Shown: positions 18,452 to 29,101 of the stretch, piece after piece
How positions within the stretch are numbered: position 1 is the first letter of the stretch
Layout: each line of letters opens with the position of its first letter
Assembly (NCBI GenBank): GCA_031265515.1
Contig: JAISCN010000028.1
Span: 1-60,570 of the forward strand
DNA from: Clostridiales bacterium
GTDB lineage: Bacteria; Bacillota; Clostridia; Lachnospirales; CAMVHY01
Length of the DNA: 60,570 bases
Direction of reading: 5' to 3'
The notes under the pieces: generated by a model
What the model was told of the DNA's origin: nothing
Databases searched by the model: none
The model's input: the letters and a program-made list of their open reading frames with translations, nothing else
Translations under genes and position numbers: made by a program

Positions 18452-19342
18452 TTAATTAAAGCGTTTATCAAAAGACTTTATATTTAATCTATGTAATTCT
18501 CTTTTTACTTTATTGTTAAAAAAATACTTAACTTTAGCCAAATTAAAATCAAAATTGATTTTTAAATTACGATCTATCGTGACCATTTTTTTGCATAAAA
18601 GAGCGTGATTTTGATACAAAATCAAAAGTTTTTCATACCTTGTTAAATCTTGCTTTAAAGAAATTTCTTTTATTGCATTTTCTAAAGTTTTAAATTCTTT
18701 TATTATTTTAATAGCATTTTTTTCTCCAAGCCCTAAAACACCGCTTATATTGTCACTTTTATCTCCCATTATTGCTTTTAAATCTATTAGATTCTCTGGC
18801 TCAATTTCAAAATCATCTAAAACTTTTTTATAGTCATATCTAATTAAAATATTTTTTTTAGCAATAGTTTTTGGTAATAAAACTTTAGTATTTTCGTTTA
18901 TAAGTTGAAGCAAATCGCGATCGCCAGAAAAAATTAAAATTTCTGCATCGTTTTTATACTCGAATTTAATTTTCTCTGCGAGACTTCCAAGAATATCATC
19001 AGCTTCAAATCCTTCGAATTCAAAAAAAACTATTCCCATTAATTCCAATAAATTTTTAATTAAAAAGAATTGCGGGCGTAAATAATCTGGCATAGGTTTT
19101 CTATTGGCTTTATATTTAAAATCTAAATCGTGCCTAAAATTTTTAGACGGCAAATCAAACGCAACACATAAATGTGTTGGCAACTCTTCGTCGCAAATTT
19201 TAAAAATCATATTAAAAAAACCATACACTGCGTTAGTATACTCGCCATTATCATTACTAAGCAATGGCAAACCGTAAAAAGCACGACTAGCGATACTATT
19301 ACCATCTATTAAAATGATTTTTTTATCTTTTATTTTACACAT
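18452..19342 (-). CDS. stand-alone 5'-3' exonuclease / flap endonuclease (Pol I N-terminal domain homologue)
   Basis: 296 aa. 'KIILIDGNSIASRAFYGLP', 'YKANRKPMPDYL', 'GFEADDILGSL', 'GDKSDNISGVLGLGEKNAIK' (H3TH). Confidence 0.9.
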   Translation of the reverse strand: MCKIKDKKIILIDGNSIASRAFYGLPLLSNDNGEYTNAVYGFFNMIFKICDEELPTHLCVAFDLPSKNFRHDLDFKYKANRKPMPDYLRPQFFLIKNLLELMGIVFFEFEGFEADDILGSLAEKIKFEYKNDAEILIFSGDRDLLQLINENTKVLLPKTIAKKNILIRYDYKKVLDDFEIEPENLIDLKAIMGDKSDNISGVLGLGEKNAIKIIKEFKTLENAIKEISLKQDLTRYEKLLILYQNHALLCKKMVTIDRNLKINFDFNLAKVKYFFNNKVKRELHRLNIKSFDKRFN

Positions 19343-19569
19343 GACATTATAATACTAAAAATCATAAATAAAAAAATGCCTATCTTAGTCCAAATTTCAA
19401 GCATTCCATCCAATGAATTTTTTTTATTTTTGCTCCAATAACTATTATTAGCAGCTCCAGATAAGCTTCCTAAACCGGAATTTCTTTTACTCTGTAAAAT
19501 AATTATAAAAATTAATGTTACACACAAAATCAAATAAAAAATACTTAAAACTATAAAATTTGAACTCAC
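19330..19569 (-). CDS. secG: preprotein translocase subunit SecG
   Basis: 79 aa with two TM segments flanking 'LQSKRNSGLGSLSGA'. Overlaps the exonuclease start by 13 nt. Confidence 0.75.
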   Translation of the reverse strand: MSSNFIVLSIFYLILCVTLIFIIILQSKRNSGLGSLSGAANNSYWSKNKKNSLDGMLEIWTKIGIFLFMIFSIIMSCVK

Positions 19570-19608
19570 AGAAATACTCCAAAAAATATAAATAAAAATA
19601 TATAAATT

Positions 19609-21189
19609 TTATTTTGACTCAATTCTTTTAAATAAAACTTCACAATTATTGACTTTAATGCCCGAATCTAATTTTTTAAATAAACTATTTTTTGCGCTAT
19701 CAAAATTGACAATATCATTTTCAAAATCAAAATTATTTAATATTTTGTTAGAAGTATCAGGCATAAATGGTCTTATCAAAAAAGATATAACTTTTATAGA
19801 TTCACACATATCAATTAAAAAACTTTTTAAAATATCAAACTCATTTTCTTTAAATAAAATCCATGGCTTAATATTTTCTATAAATTTATTGCAAAAAGAT
19901 ATTAACTTAAAAATCTCTGACAAAGCATTACTTATTTTATAATTATTCATCAGATCTATATAATTATTTATGATTTCGAAACAAAAATTTTTTATATTTA
20001 AATTATTTTTATACTCAAAATTATTATTAATAAAACCGTTGAAATATTTTTTTATCATTCCGCTTACACGAGAAACTAAATTTCCAAGATCATTTGCTAA
20101 ATCAAAATTAAATCTATTTACTAAAATTTCCTCAGAGAAATTTCCATCTTGACCAAAATTAATTTCTCGAATTAAAAAATATCTTAAAACATCAGCACTA
20201 TATACATCAATTAAAGCATTAGGCTCTATAACATTACCAACTGATTTAGACATTTTATTGCCGCCTATAATTACCCATCCATGAGCAAAAACTTTTTTTG
20301 GTAATTCTATATTTAATGCCATCAAGACCGCTGGCCATATTATCGTATGAAATCTAACTATTTCTTTACCGACGATATGTAAATCAGCAGGCCAAAAATT
20401 TTCAAATTCTTTGCTAAATTTTTCACCATCAAAACCTAAAACTGTAATATAATTTAACAGTGCATCCAACCAAACATAAACTAAATGTTTTTTGTCAAAA
20501 GTTATATTTATACCCCAAGTAAAAGAACTTCTGGAAACACATATATCTTCTAAACCAATGTTTATAAAATTATTTATCATTTCGTTTAGACGAGATTCTG
20601 GTTCTAAAAAATTTTTATTTTTTGCAAAAAAACTTTTAATATCATTTTCGTATTTTGATAGTCTAAAAAAATAAGCTTCTTCTTCTATCTCAAAAACATC
20701 ACGACCGCAATCAGGACATTTTTTATCGCTATTTAATTGTGTTTTAGTAAAAAAACTTTCACAAGGAGTGCAATAAAAACCTTTATACTTTGATTTATAT
20801 ATATCGTCTTTTTTGTATAATATTTCAAATATTTTTTGAACTGACTTTACGTGATTCTCATCAGTAGTTCTCATAAAAACATCGTAACTTATATTTAATC
20901 TGTTCCAGAGAGTTTTAATGTTTTTGACAATTTTATCAACGTATTTTTTTGGATCTGTATTATTTTCGAATGCAGATGATTCAATTTTTTGTCCATGTTC
21001 ATCAGTCCCAGTCAAAAATTTAACTTTATATCCCATCATTCTTTTATAACGTGCAATTACATCAGCAGAGATTGTGGAATAACAATGACCAACGTGTAAA
21101 TTTTTACTTGGATAATATATCGGCGTTGTTAAATAAAAAAACTTTTCTGGTTCCAAAATAATTCTCTCAAATTTATTTTTTTCGTACAA
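19609..21189 (-). CDS. metG: methionine--tRNA ligase (no C-terminal tRNA-binding domain)
   Basis: 526 aa. 'NLHVGH' (HIGH), 'KMSKSVGN' (KMSKS), Zn knuckles 'YCTPCESF'/'CPDCGRD'. The start is uncertain: TTG 21189 or an in-frame TTG 10 codons downstream. Confidence 0.92.
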   Translation of the reverse strand: MYEKNKFERIILEPEKFFYLTTPIYYPSKNLHVGHCYSTISADVIARYKRMMGYKVKFLTGTDEHGQKIESSAFENNTDPKKYVDKIVKNIKTLWNRLNISYDVFMRTTDENHVKSVQKIFEILYKKDDIYKSKYKGFYCTPCESFFTKTQLNSDKKCPDCGRDVFEIEEEAYFFRLSKYENDIKSFFAKNKNFLEPESRLNEMINNFINIGLEDICVSRSSFTWGINITFDKKHLVYVWLDALLNYITVLGFDGEKFSKEFENFWPADLHIVGKEIVRFHTIIWPAVLMALNIELPKKVFAHGWVIIGGNKMSKSVGNVIEPNALIDVYSADVLRYFLIREINFGQDGNFSEEILVNRFNFDLANDLGNLVSRVSGMIKKYFNGFINNNFEYKNNLNIKNFCFEIINNYIDLMNNYKISNALSEIFKLISFCNKFIENIKPWILFKENEFDILKSFLIDMCESIKVISFLIRPFMPDTSNKILNNFDFENDIVNFDSAKNSLFKKLDSGIKVNNCEVLFKRIESK

Positions 21190-21234
21190 AATTAAAAAAA
21201 ATTATAATTATCATCACAAAAAAATTACTTATTT

Positions 21235-21705
21235 TTAATCATTGTCTCTTAACTCTCTACGATTTGATTCTATAGTTTTTATAGACTCATTTATTTTGTT
21301 CTCTATTTCAAGAGATTTTTCGCAAAAACTTTTTTTTATTTCGCTCAATATTTTTTCAATTTCTTCTAGCATTGAATCAGCATAATGCAATGTACTCTTT
21401 TTTATTTCGCAAGAATTTTTTCTAGCTTCTGATAACATAATATTTGCTTTTTTGGCAGCTTCTACACATAACTCATCTCTATCTAGTAGCTCGTTGCGTT
21501 TATTTTTAGCATCTTTCATGATTTCCTCATAGTTATCAATAATACCCTGTGCTTTTTCTATAGATTCTGGCAAATCATTACGTATTTCATCTATTAAATC
21601 TAATAATTTATTTTCATCTACTAATATCTTTTTGGAAAACAAAGCCCTCTTTGACTCCGCAATCAAATCGTATAATTTATCAAAATTATCTAGTAAACTA
21701 TTTAT
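21235..21705 (-). CDS. conserved Firmicute all-helical protein (the family often annotated as 'ATPase' or V-ATPase subunit H-like); start probably ATA 21705
   Basis: The track ORF starts at TTG 21666. The in-frame upstream sequence 'INSLLDNFDKLYDLIAESKRALFSKKILVDENKLLDLIDEIRNDLPE' continues the family's N-terminal pattern as I remember it. AAAGGGA lies 8 nt before ATA 21703-21705. In-frame stop at 21742-21744. Confidence 0.6.
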   Translation of the reverse strand: MNSLLDNFDKLYDLIAESKRALFSKKILVDENKLLDLIDEIRNDLPESIEKAQGIIDNYEEIMKDAKNKRNELLDRDELCVEAAKKANIMLSEARKNSCEIKKSTLHYADSMLEEIEKILSEIKKSFCEKSLEIENKINESIKTIESNRRELRDND

Positions 21706-21875
21706 TTTTTTCGTCCCTTTAAAACCCTCATTAAAATTCTTTCAACTATATAGAAAACAAGAGTGCCCAATTACTACTTAATAATATCTATATCAACAAA
21801 ATTTATTTAACAAACGAATATGTCTAATAAAATTTAAAAAACAATAATTAAACATGAAACACAAAAAAATAAAAA

Positions 21876-22124
21876 TTAAACATGAACTATATCATCTTCT
21901 TTGTGTTTATCAGGATTAGAATGATTATTTCTATCAACTCGTCTCGAGACAATAGAAAAAATAAATACTGCCAAAGAAAAAGCTAAACCAAAAACAAAAA
22001 TACCAATCGGAAAATTACCAAATGGAAAAAAATCTTCAGTTTTTTTAATTATAAAAAATAATCCTGTAGAAAAACCAGCAATTAAAACCAGAGATCCTGC
22101 TAAGTTAACGTCTTCAGACTTCAT
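21876..22124 (-). CDS. small membrane protein (2 TM), unknown function
   Basis: 82 aa with two clear hydrophobic spans and a charged C-terminus. Confidence 0.5.
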   Translation of the reverse strand: MKSEDVNLAGSLVLIAGFSTGLFFIIKKTEDFFPFGNFPIGIFVFGLAFSLAVFIFSIVSRRVDRNNHSNPDKHKEDDIVHV

Positions 22125-22336
22125 CGTTTATAAAACACCAACCAATTTTATTTATCTCAAAACAATACAGTAATGTCTAACATTAAACGCTTGAATTGTC
22201 AATAATAATAAAAAAATGAAAAAACGTTGTTAAAAAAATATAAAAACAAAAAAATATTTATCACATGTTTTTATGTCTAGCACTTCTTAAAGAAATTATT
22301 ATTTTATTATTTGCTATTTAATATTAAAATATTACG

Positions 22337-23242
22337 ATGATCTTGTATTTAGTACTTCCGTGTTTTAACGAACAAGAAATTTTAATTAGTAGTGCTAAAA
22401 TCTTAAGAAATAGATTAGAAAATTTGATAGATAAAAAAATTATATGTAAAAAAAGTAAAATTTTATTCGTAGATGATGGATCAAAAGATAACACTTGGAA
22501 TATTATAGAGAACTTAAATCGCGAAAATAATATTTTCTGCGGCATAAAACTTTCGAGAAATTATGGTCATCAAAATGCTTTGTTGTGCGCGTTTTTAGAT
22601 GCGAAAAAAAAATCTGATGCTGTGATTTGTATCGATGCTGATCTTCAAGATGATATTGATATCATAAATATTATGATAGAAAAGTTTATAAATAACAATT
22701 GTGAAATAGTTTATGGAGTCAGAAATTCTCGCGAGAGTGATAACTTTTTTAAAAAAATAACAGCCGAATTATTTTATAAAATCCAGATTTTTTTGGGCTG
22801 TGAGATAATTTTTAATCATGCTGATTTTAGATTAATGAGCAAGAGAGTTTTAGATAGTCTAGAGAATTTTGAAGAGAGAAATTTATTTTTGCGAGGAATA
22901 ATTCCAATGATTGGTTTTAAATCCTGCGAAATCAAATATTCTAGAAAAAAAAGGAAAGCCGGAAAAACAAAATATAATTTAAAAAGAATGCTTTTATTGG
23001 CTATAAATGGCGTAGTCAACTTAACTATAAAACCGATAAGAATGATTGAAATACTCGGTTTGATAATATTGCTTTTTGGTTTACTTTTAATATTTTTAAT
23101 TAGATCTAAATTAATTTGTTTGTTAATAATTTTTGATGGTTTGATAATTTTTTCTTTGGGAATAATTGGCGAATATATTGGAAATATTCTTTTTGAAATT
23201 AAGAAACGTCCTAGATATTTTATTGAAAAAAAAATAGAATAA
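22337..23242 (+). CDS. GT2 polyprenyl-phosphate glycosyltransferase (GtrB/CsbB-like)
   Basis: 301 aa. 'LVLPCFNEQE', 'VDDGSKDNT', 'LSRNYGHQNAL', 'IDADLQDD', and two C-terminal TM segments. Confidence 0.88.
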   Translation: MILYLVLPCFNEQEILISSAKILRNRLENLIDKKIICKKSKILFVDDGSKDNTWNIIENLNRENNIFCGIKLSRNYGHQNALLCAFLDAKKKSDAVICIDADLQDDIDIINIMIEKFINNNCEIVYGVRNSRESDNFFKKITAELFYKIQIFLGCEIIFNHADFRLMSKRVLDSLENFEERNLFLRGIIPMIGFKSCEIKYSRKKRKAGKTKYNLKRMLLLAINGVVNLTIKPIRMIEILGLIILLFGLLLIFLIRSKLICLLIIFDGLIIFSLGIIGEYIGNILFEIKKRPRYFIEKKIE

Positions 23243-23332
23243 AAAAAATCAAAACTTTTTTATTTTATTGTCTATTATGTATTTGTTGTATTGATATAGA
23301 TGTAAAGCTTAAATTTATAGAAAGGAGAAAAA

Positions 23333-23689
23333 ATGCAAAAAATTTTAGATGATGTTGTTTCTTCACAAATAAGAAGCGATTTGTTTGGTTTTAATACAGG
23401 CGATACAGTGAAAGTTTATTCGAAAATAATTGATGGAACAAAAGAAAGAACACAAGCATTCGAAGGTGTAATAATAAAAATACAAAACGGAGGAATAAAC
23501 AAAAATATTACCGTTCGTAGAATTGCGCTAGGTACCGGAGTAGAAAAAACTTGGAATTTAAATTCACCAAGATTATTAAAAATAGAAATTATAAAAAAGG
23601 GAATTGTTAGACGCGCGAAATTATACTATCTAAGAAATAGGACAGGAAAGGCGGCTAAAATAAAAGAGTTAATTAATAAAAAAAGATAG
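23333..23689 (+). CDS. rplS: 50S ribosomal protein L19
   Basis: 118 aa. 'FNTGDTVKVYSKIIDGTKERTQAFEGVII', 'VRRAKLYYLR'. RBS AAGGAGA. Confidence 0.96.
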   Translation: MQKILDDVVSSQIRSDLFGFNTGDTVKVYSKIIDGTKERTQAFEGVIIKIQNGGINKNITVRRIALGTGVEKTWNLNSPRLLKIEIIKKGIVRRAKLYYLRNRTGKAAKIKELINKKR

Positions 23690-23760
23690 TTAATAAAAAT
23701 AATAAATTTCAGTTTTTAATGTTAAAAGTAATTATTTTTGTCTTATTTTTTTATTTATCT

Positions 23761-23848
23761 GGAGAAGTACTCAAGAGGCTTAAGAGGTGTTCCTGCTAAG
23801 AACATAGGTCGAGCGATCGACGCGAGGGTTCGAATCCCTCCTTCTCCG
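23761..23848 (+). tRNA. tRNA-Ser (anticodon GCU)
   Basis: Folded by hand. Acceptor GGAGAAG/CTTCTCC. Anticodon stem TGTTC/GAACA with loop CTGCTAA. Long variable arm. T-arm GAGGG-TTCGAAT-CCCTC. No encoded CCA. Confidence 0.9.
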
Positions 23849-23899
23849 ATTTTTATTTTTATTTTTTTATTTAATTGTTTTAGGAGAATTGGATAATTT

Positions 23900-25246
23900 G
23901 TGAAAATTATTATAGCGGGATGTGGAAAAGCGGGTTATAACCTCGCATCGGTTCTCTTTGAAAATAATGATATTATTATGATTGATGAGAATAAAGAAGC
24001 TCTTGAAAGAGCTGATCAAAATTTAGATGTAATGTGCATAAAAGGAAACTGTATCAGCAGCAAAATTCTTTTAGAGGCCGGAGTAAATAATTGCGATGTT
24101 TTAGTTTCTGTTACGACGCGTGATGAGACTAATATTGTTTGTTGTTTGACTGCCAAAAATCTCGGAGCTAGTAGAGTTATCGCAAGAATTCGAAATTATG
24201 AATATGCAAACGAAATTGATGAAATGAAAAGCGATATGAATTTAGATTTAGTTATTAATCCTGAAAAGAAAGTTGCGGACGAGATATTAAAATTTTTAAA
24301 ATTCAGTAAAGATATTAAAGTTGATTTTTTTGCAAACAAGAATATCGAAATATTAGAAATTAAAATTAATAAAAAAAACTTAATGTGTAATTTAAAGTTA
24401 AAAGACATAATTAAAAATGACAATCAAAATATTTTGATAGCAGCCATTCTTAGAGATAATTTTGTGATAGTACCCAAAGGGAACGATGTTATCAAAGAAA
24501 ATGACACTGTCTATATTATCGCTCACGGAAATAAAACGATAAATTTTTGTCAAAGAAATAAGATTTACGTAAATAAATTAAATAGTGTAATTATAGTAGG
24601 AGGCGGAAGAATAGGTTGTTATCTCGCTGAATATTTAAATAATCTAGGAATTAAAACTAAAATCTTTGAAGTAGATAAGAAACGATGTATTTTTTTAAAT
24701 GATATTTTGCCAAAATCTGTAATTATAAACGGCGATGGTATGGATGATAAATTGTTAAAATCTGAAAATATAGAAGATGCAGATGCTTTTATATCTTTAA
24801 CAGGACGCGATGAAGAAAATTTAATAAGTGTACTTTTGGCTAAAAATTTGGGTGCAAAAAAAGTTATAGCTAAAATAAATCGAGAGCATTATTCACGCGC
24901 AATAAATAGTCTAAATTTAAATATAGATAATATTATTAATCCGGGAATGATTACGTCAAAGTACGTCGCCAGGTATATAGATAACATCGGAGACAATATA
25001 AATAATTCTTTGATTAATATAAAAAAATTAAACGTTTTTGATTTTAAAATAGATATATCAACTAGTTTTTTAAACAAATATATAAAGAATTTAAACTTAA
25101 TAGAAAACGTTTTGATAGCTGCAATAATAAGAAATAGAGAAATAATAATTCCTGATGGTGAGAGCATTGTAAAATTAGGAGACCACTTAGTTTTAATATC
25201 AAAATCAGAAAATATAACAGACATAAACGATATAATTAAATTATAA
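23900..25246 (+). CDS. trkA: Trk potassium-uptake system, NAD-binding subunit TrkA (tandem RCK)
   Basis: 448 aa with GTG start. Two Rossmann motifs, 'IIAGCGKAG' and 'IIVGGGRIG', each followed by an RCK_C-like region. Confidence 0.9.
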   Translation: MKIIIAGCGKAGYNLASVLFENNDIIMIDENKEALERADQNLDVMCIKGNCISSKILLEAGVNNCDVLVSVTTRDETNIVCCLTAKNLGASRVIARIRNYEYANEIDEMKSDMNLDLVINPEKKVADEILKFLKFSKDIKVDFFANKNIEILEIKINKKNLMCNLKLKDIIKNDNQNILIAAILRDNFVIVPKGNDVIKENDTVYIIAHGNKTINFCQRNKIYVNKLNSVIIVGGGRIGCYLAEYLNNLGIKTKIFEVDKKRCIFLNDILPKSVIINGDGMDDKLLKSENIEDADAFISLTGRDEENLISVLLAKNLGAKKVIAKINREHYSRAINSLNLNIDNIINPGMITSKYVARYIDNIGDNINNSLINIKKLNVFDFKIDISTSFLNKYIKNLNLIENVLIAAIIRNREIIIPDGESIVKLGDHLVLISKSENITDINDIIKL

Positions 25247-25338
25247 TTTTTTTGTTTTTTAAATAGCATAAAACTTATTTTTTAAATTTAAAATTTAATT
25301 GATTTTATTTAATTTATTAAGGCTGTGTTTTATTTAAC

Positions 25339-26781
25339 ATGGGCTATAGACTAGTTCTAAAAACTATCGGAAAAATTTTATTACTTGAATCTATTTTGAT
25401 GTTTTTGCCACTGATAATTTCTATTATATATCAAGACGGTAATGTTTCTGTGTTTCTTTCGTCTATAATTATATTATTTTTGTTGGGTTTTTTATTTTTA
25501 AGAATAAAAACTGAATCAAAAAAATTATTTTTACACGAAAATTTTATTATAGTTGCGATATGTTGGATTGTCATGTCAATTTTCGGAGCAGTTCCGTTTA
25601 TATTAAGTAAAGAATTTAGTTCTATTATAAATTCTATTTTTGAGTCTATTTCGGGTTTTACAGCGACTGGTACGACAATTTTGATTAATATAGAAAATTT
25701 ATCAAAATCAATTTTATTCTGGAGAGGTTTTACACAATGGATAGGTGGCCTAGGTGTATTAACTTTTATAATTGCTGTTTTACCTGGAAAAAATAGTTTT
25801 AATAATATGTTTAAGACAGAAATAACTGGGCCCTCAAAAGAAAAACTAGTTCCGAAATTAAGTCAAAATGCCAAAATTTTGTATTTGATTTATATTTCTT
25901 TAACTTGCTTAGAAATTATTTTTTTATTACTAGCAGGTATGAATTTTTACGATGCAGTTATTCATGCACTAAGTAATGCGGGAACTGGGGGTTTTTCAAA
26001 TAAAAATTTAGGCGTTGTATACTATAAAAATATTTTTATAGAAATAATTCTTTTGATTTTTATGATACTTTTTAGTATAAATTTCGCTTTTTATTATGAT
26101 ATCGTAGAAAAAAATTTTAAATCCATAATTCAGAATGATGAGTTTAAATTTTATATATTTATTTTAATTTTATCTTCGGTAATCGTTTTTTTTGATATCA
26201 ATAAAATCTATCGGTCGTGTTTTGTTTCTCTCAGATATTCTGTTTTCAGCGTGACATCTACGATCAGTACTTCAGGTTACGCTATAATAGATAAAAATAA
26301 TTTGCCATCTCTTAGTCAATTTATTTTATTTATTTTGATGATATTTGGTGGTTGCGCTGGATCTACTTCAGGAGGATTAAAATTAATAAGGATTCTCATA
26401 ATAATAAAATTAATAACAAGAGAAATAAATAAATTATTTCATCCAAAGATAATTGAAAATATAGAGATAAATAATAGTTCTGTAAGCGAAAAAATGTTAT
26501 ATGACGTATTAATTTATTTTTGCGTTTTTATATTTATAATCTTTTCTTTTACGTTTTTATTAATATTGACAGATAAAAAAGATATATGGTCATCTTTAAA
26601 TATTATTATTTCATCGTTGAATAACATCGGATATTGCTTTGGAAATTTGTCAACAAGTAAAAACTTAGAAAATTTATCTAATCTGGGAAAAATAATCTTG
26701 TCAACTTGTATGATAATTGGAAGACTCGAAATTTACCCCGTGATATTAATGATATTATCTATATTTAAGATAAAAAAATAA
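25339..26781 (+). CDS. trkH: Trk/Ktr potassium transporter membrane subunit TrkH
   Basis: 480-aa polytopic protein. Selectivity-filter-like 'SGFTATGT', 'NAGTGGFS', 'TISTSGYA', 'TSGGLK'. Confidence 0.9.
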   Translation: MGYRLVLKTIGKILLLESILMFLPLIISIIYQDGNVSVFLSSIIILFLLGFLFLRIKTESKKLFLHENFIIVAICWIVMSIFGAVPFILSKEFSSIINSIFESISGFTATGTTILINIENLSKSILFWRGFTQWIGGLGVLTFIIAVLPGKNSFNNMFKTEITGPSKEKLVPKLSQNAKILYLIYISLTCLEIIFLLLAGMNFYDAVIHALSNAGTGGFSNKNLGVVYYKNIFIEIILLIFMILFSINFAFYYDIVEKNFKSIIQNDEFKFYIFILILSSVIVFFDINKIYRSCFVSLRYSVFSVTSTISTSGYAIIDKNNLPSLSQFILFILMIFGGCAGSTSGGLKLIRILIIIKLITREINKLFHPKIIENIEINNSSVSEKMLYDVLIYFCVFIFIIFSFTFLLILTDKKDIWSSLNIIISSLNNIGYCFGNLSTSKNLENLSNLGKIILSTCMIIGRLEIYPVILMILSIFKIKK

Positions 26782-26854
26782 ATAATTAAAAATTTTTTTA
26801 AATAATTAATAAAGTGTATAATTTTTTTAGAAATTATAAGTTTTAAGCGTGATA

Positions 26855-26884
26855 ATTTCGCGATAAAGCGAAATATATTTTTTT
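26855..26884 (+). terminator. rho-independent terminator after trkH
   Basis: atttcgc (26855-26861) pairs with gcgaaat (26868-26874), with a 6-nt loop. A T-run follows at 26878-26884. Confidence 0.55.
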
Positions 26885-27011
26885 GACTTAAATTTTTGTG
26901 GCGTGTTTTAATTCAACATCGATTGCGTAATTATTTTATATACGCGCCATTTTGTTTTGTTTTTTTATTATTTTATATTTTTAATTTTAGGATGTAATTT
27001 ATATATTAAAT

Positions 27012-29003
27012 ATGATAGAAAATTTTTTAGATTTAGCTCGTGGAGATAAAATTATCCACGAAAAGTATGGTGTTGGAGTTTATCGCGGTATAAAAAAAAT
27101 GAATATAAATGGTTGTTTTAAAGACTATGTAAAAATCGAATATGCTGATGGAGGTATGATTTTTTTACAAACATCTCAGATTGACTGTATTCAAAAATAT
27201 ATCGGAATCGAAAACGTTAAATTAAATAAACTCGGAAGCAATGATTGGATAAAAACGAAAACTAAAGCGAGACAAAATATTAGAAAAATAGCTTTTGATT
27301 TAGTTAAATTATATGCAAGTAGAGAAAAGATCAACGGTTTTAAATTTAACAAAGATAACGATAATCAAGAAAAATTTGAAAACGAATTTGAATATATAGA
27401 GACTAATGATCAACTTAACGCAATAAAAGATATAAAACAAGATATGGAATCTTCGCGAGCAATGGATAGATTAATATGTGGTGACGTAGGTTATGGAAAA
27501 ACAGAAGTGGCAATGCGAGCAGCTTTTAAATGCGTTCAAGATAAAAAACAAGTTGCATATTTGTCACCAACTACAATATTGACACAGCAGCATTATAATA
27601 ATTTTTTAGAGAGATTTAAAAATTTCGATGTAAACATAGAAATGTTGTCAAGATTTAGAAATACAGTACAACAAAAAAAAATAATGGAAAAAATAAAAAT
27701 TGGTGAAATAGATATAGTTATTGGCACTCATAAATTATTATCAAAAGATATCATATTTAAAGACTTAGGATTAATAATAGTTGATGAAGAACAAAGATTC
27801 GGCGTTAATCATAAAGAGAAATTAAAATCTCTCTATGAAAATGTTGATGTATTAACTCTGAGTGCAACACCTATACCTAGAACTTTAAACATAAGTTTAA
27901 ATAATATGAGAGATATTAGTATCCTAAGGGAACCGCCACATAATAAATTGCCAGTTAGAACTTTTGTTATCGAACACGACTTTTTAGAAATAAAAAAAAT
28001 TATTTCGAGAGAATTAGATCGCCTCGGCCAGGTTTATTATTTATGCAATAAAATAAAAAATATTGCTAATATTGCTTTTAAAATACAAGAGATGATTCCA
28101 GGAGCTGTTGTGAGATTTGCACATGGACGATTATCTGAAATAGAATTAGAAAATATTATGCGCGATTTTATAAATAAAAAAATAGATGTTTTGGTTTGTA
28201 CAACGATAATAGAAGCAGGATTAGACATACATAATGCAAATACAATAATAGTACAAGATGCTGATATTATGGGTCTAGCTCAATTATATCAATTGCGTGG
28301 ACGTGTAGGAAGATCTAACAAACTTGCTTATGCTTATTTTACATATGATAAAAATAAAATTTTAAATCCTGACGCAGAAAAAAGACTTAAAACTATAATA
28401 GAATTTGTGGAATTTGGTTCTGGATTTAAAATTGCCATGAAAGATTTAGAAATACGTGGAGCTGGAAATTTATTAGGAGCGGAACAAAGCGGAAATGTTG
28501 GAGCAATTGGGTATGATTTGTATTGCAAACTATTAAAAAAAGAGATTAAAACTATTTCTAATGAAAAATATTTTGAAGAAGCAAATATTGATTTAAACGT
28601 AAATGCCTTTATATCAGATGAATATGCTAATACTATCGATGAAAAATTAAAACTCTATAAAAATATTTCGGGCATAAAATCTCAAGACGATTTTGATAGC
28701 TTAAAAAAAGAATTAATAAAAAAATACAAAAATATAGATAGAAATCTTATTAATTTATTTTACATGTATTTGATAAAGTCTGTCGCTCAAAAGATAGGAA
28801 TTAAATCTATAATACAAAAAGATAATATCGTGAAAATTTTGTTTTATAAAAACGCAGATATAAGTTTGGATAATTTGCTGGAAGTAGCAAACAAAGATAA
28901 AAATATTATTTTTATTTTAAATCCAGAACCTAATTTAAAAATAACTATTGATAATAATGACGATATCTGTGAAAAAATAACAGACATCGTAATTTCGTTA
29001 TAA
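27012..29003 (+). CDS. mfd: transcription-repair coupling factor Mfd, N-terminally truncated form (RNAP-interaction domain, translocase and D7 only)
   Basis: 663 aa. It starts directly with the CarD/TRCF RID 'GDKIIHEKYGVGVYRGI'. Helicase motifs 'GDVGYGKTEVA', 'DEEQRFG', 'LSATPIPRT', 'QLRGRVGRS'. The UvrB-homology D1-D3 region (about 450 aa in full-length Mfd) is absent, and the 230 nt upstream are non-coding. Confidence 0.85.
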   Translation: MIENFLDLARGDKIIHEKYGVGVYRGIKKMNINGCFKDYVKIEYADGGMIFLQTSQIDCIQKYIGIENVKLNKLGSNDWIKTKTKARQNIRKIAFDLVKLYASREKINGFKFNKDNDNQEKFENEFEYIETNDQLNAIKDIKQDMESSRAMDRLICGDVGYGKTEVAMRAAFKCVQDKKQVAYLSPTTILTQQHYNNFLERFKNFDVNIEMLSRFRNTVQQKKIMEKIKIGEIDIVIGTHKLLSKDIIFKDLGLIIVDEEQRFGVNHKEKLKSLYENVDVLTLSATPIPRTLNISLNNMRDISILREPPHNKLPVRTFVIEHDFLEIKKIISRELDRLGQVYYLCNKIKNIANIAFKIQEMIPGAVVRFAHGRLSEIELENIMRDFINKKIDVLVCTTIIEAGLDIHNANTIIVQDADIMGLAQLYQLRGRVGRSNKLAYAYFTYDKNKILNPDAEKRLKTIIEFVEFGSGFKIAMKDLEIRGAGNLLGAEQSGNVGAIGYDLYCKLLKKEIKTISNEKYFEEANIDLNVNAFISDEYANTIDEKLKLYKNISGIKSQDDFDSLKKELIKKYKNIDRNLINLFYMYLIKSVAQKIGIKSIIQKDNIVKILFYKNADISLDNLLEVANKDKNIIFILNPEPNLKITIDNNDDICEKITDIVISL

Positions 29004-29101
29004 ACATGCAAAAAATAAAATATATTCTATCGAATTATATTTTTTTAAAATCTGTTTAATTAAGTTGATTTTAAGTAGAACTATCAAATTTTTTTGAAAT
29101 A

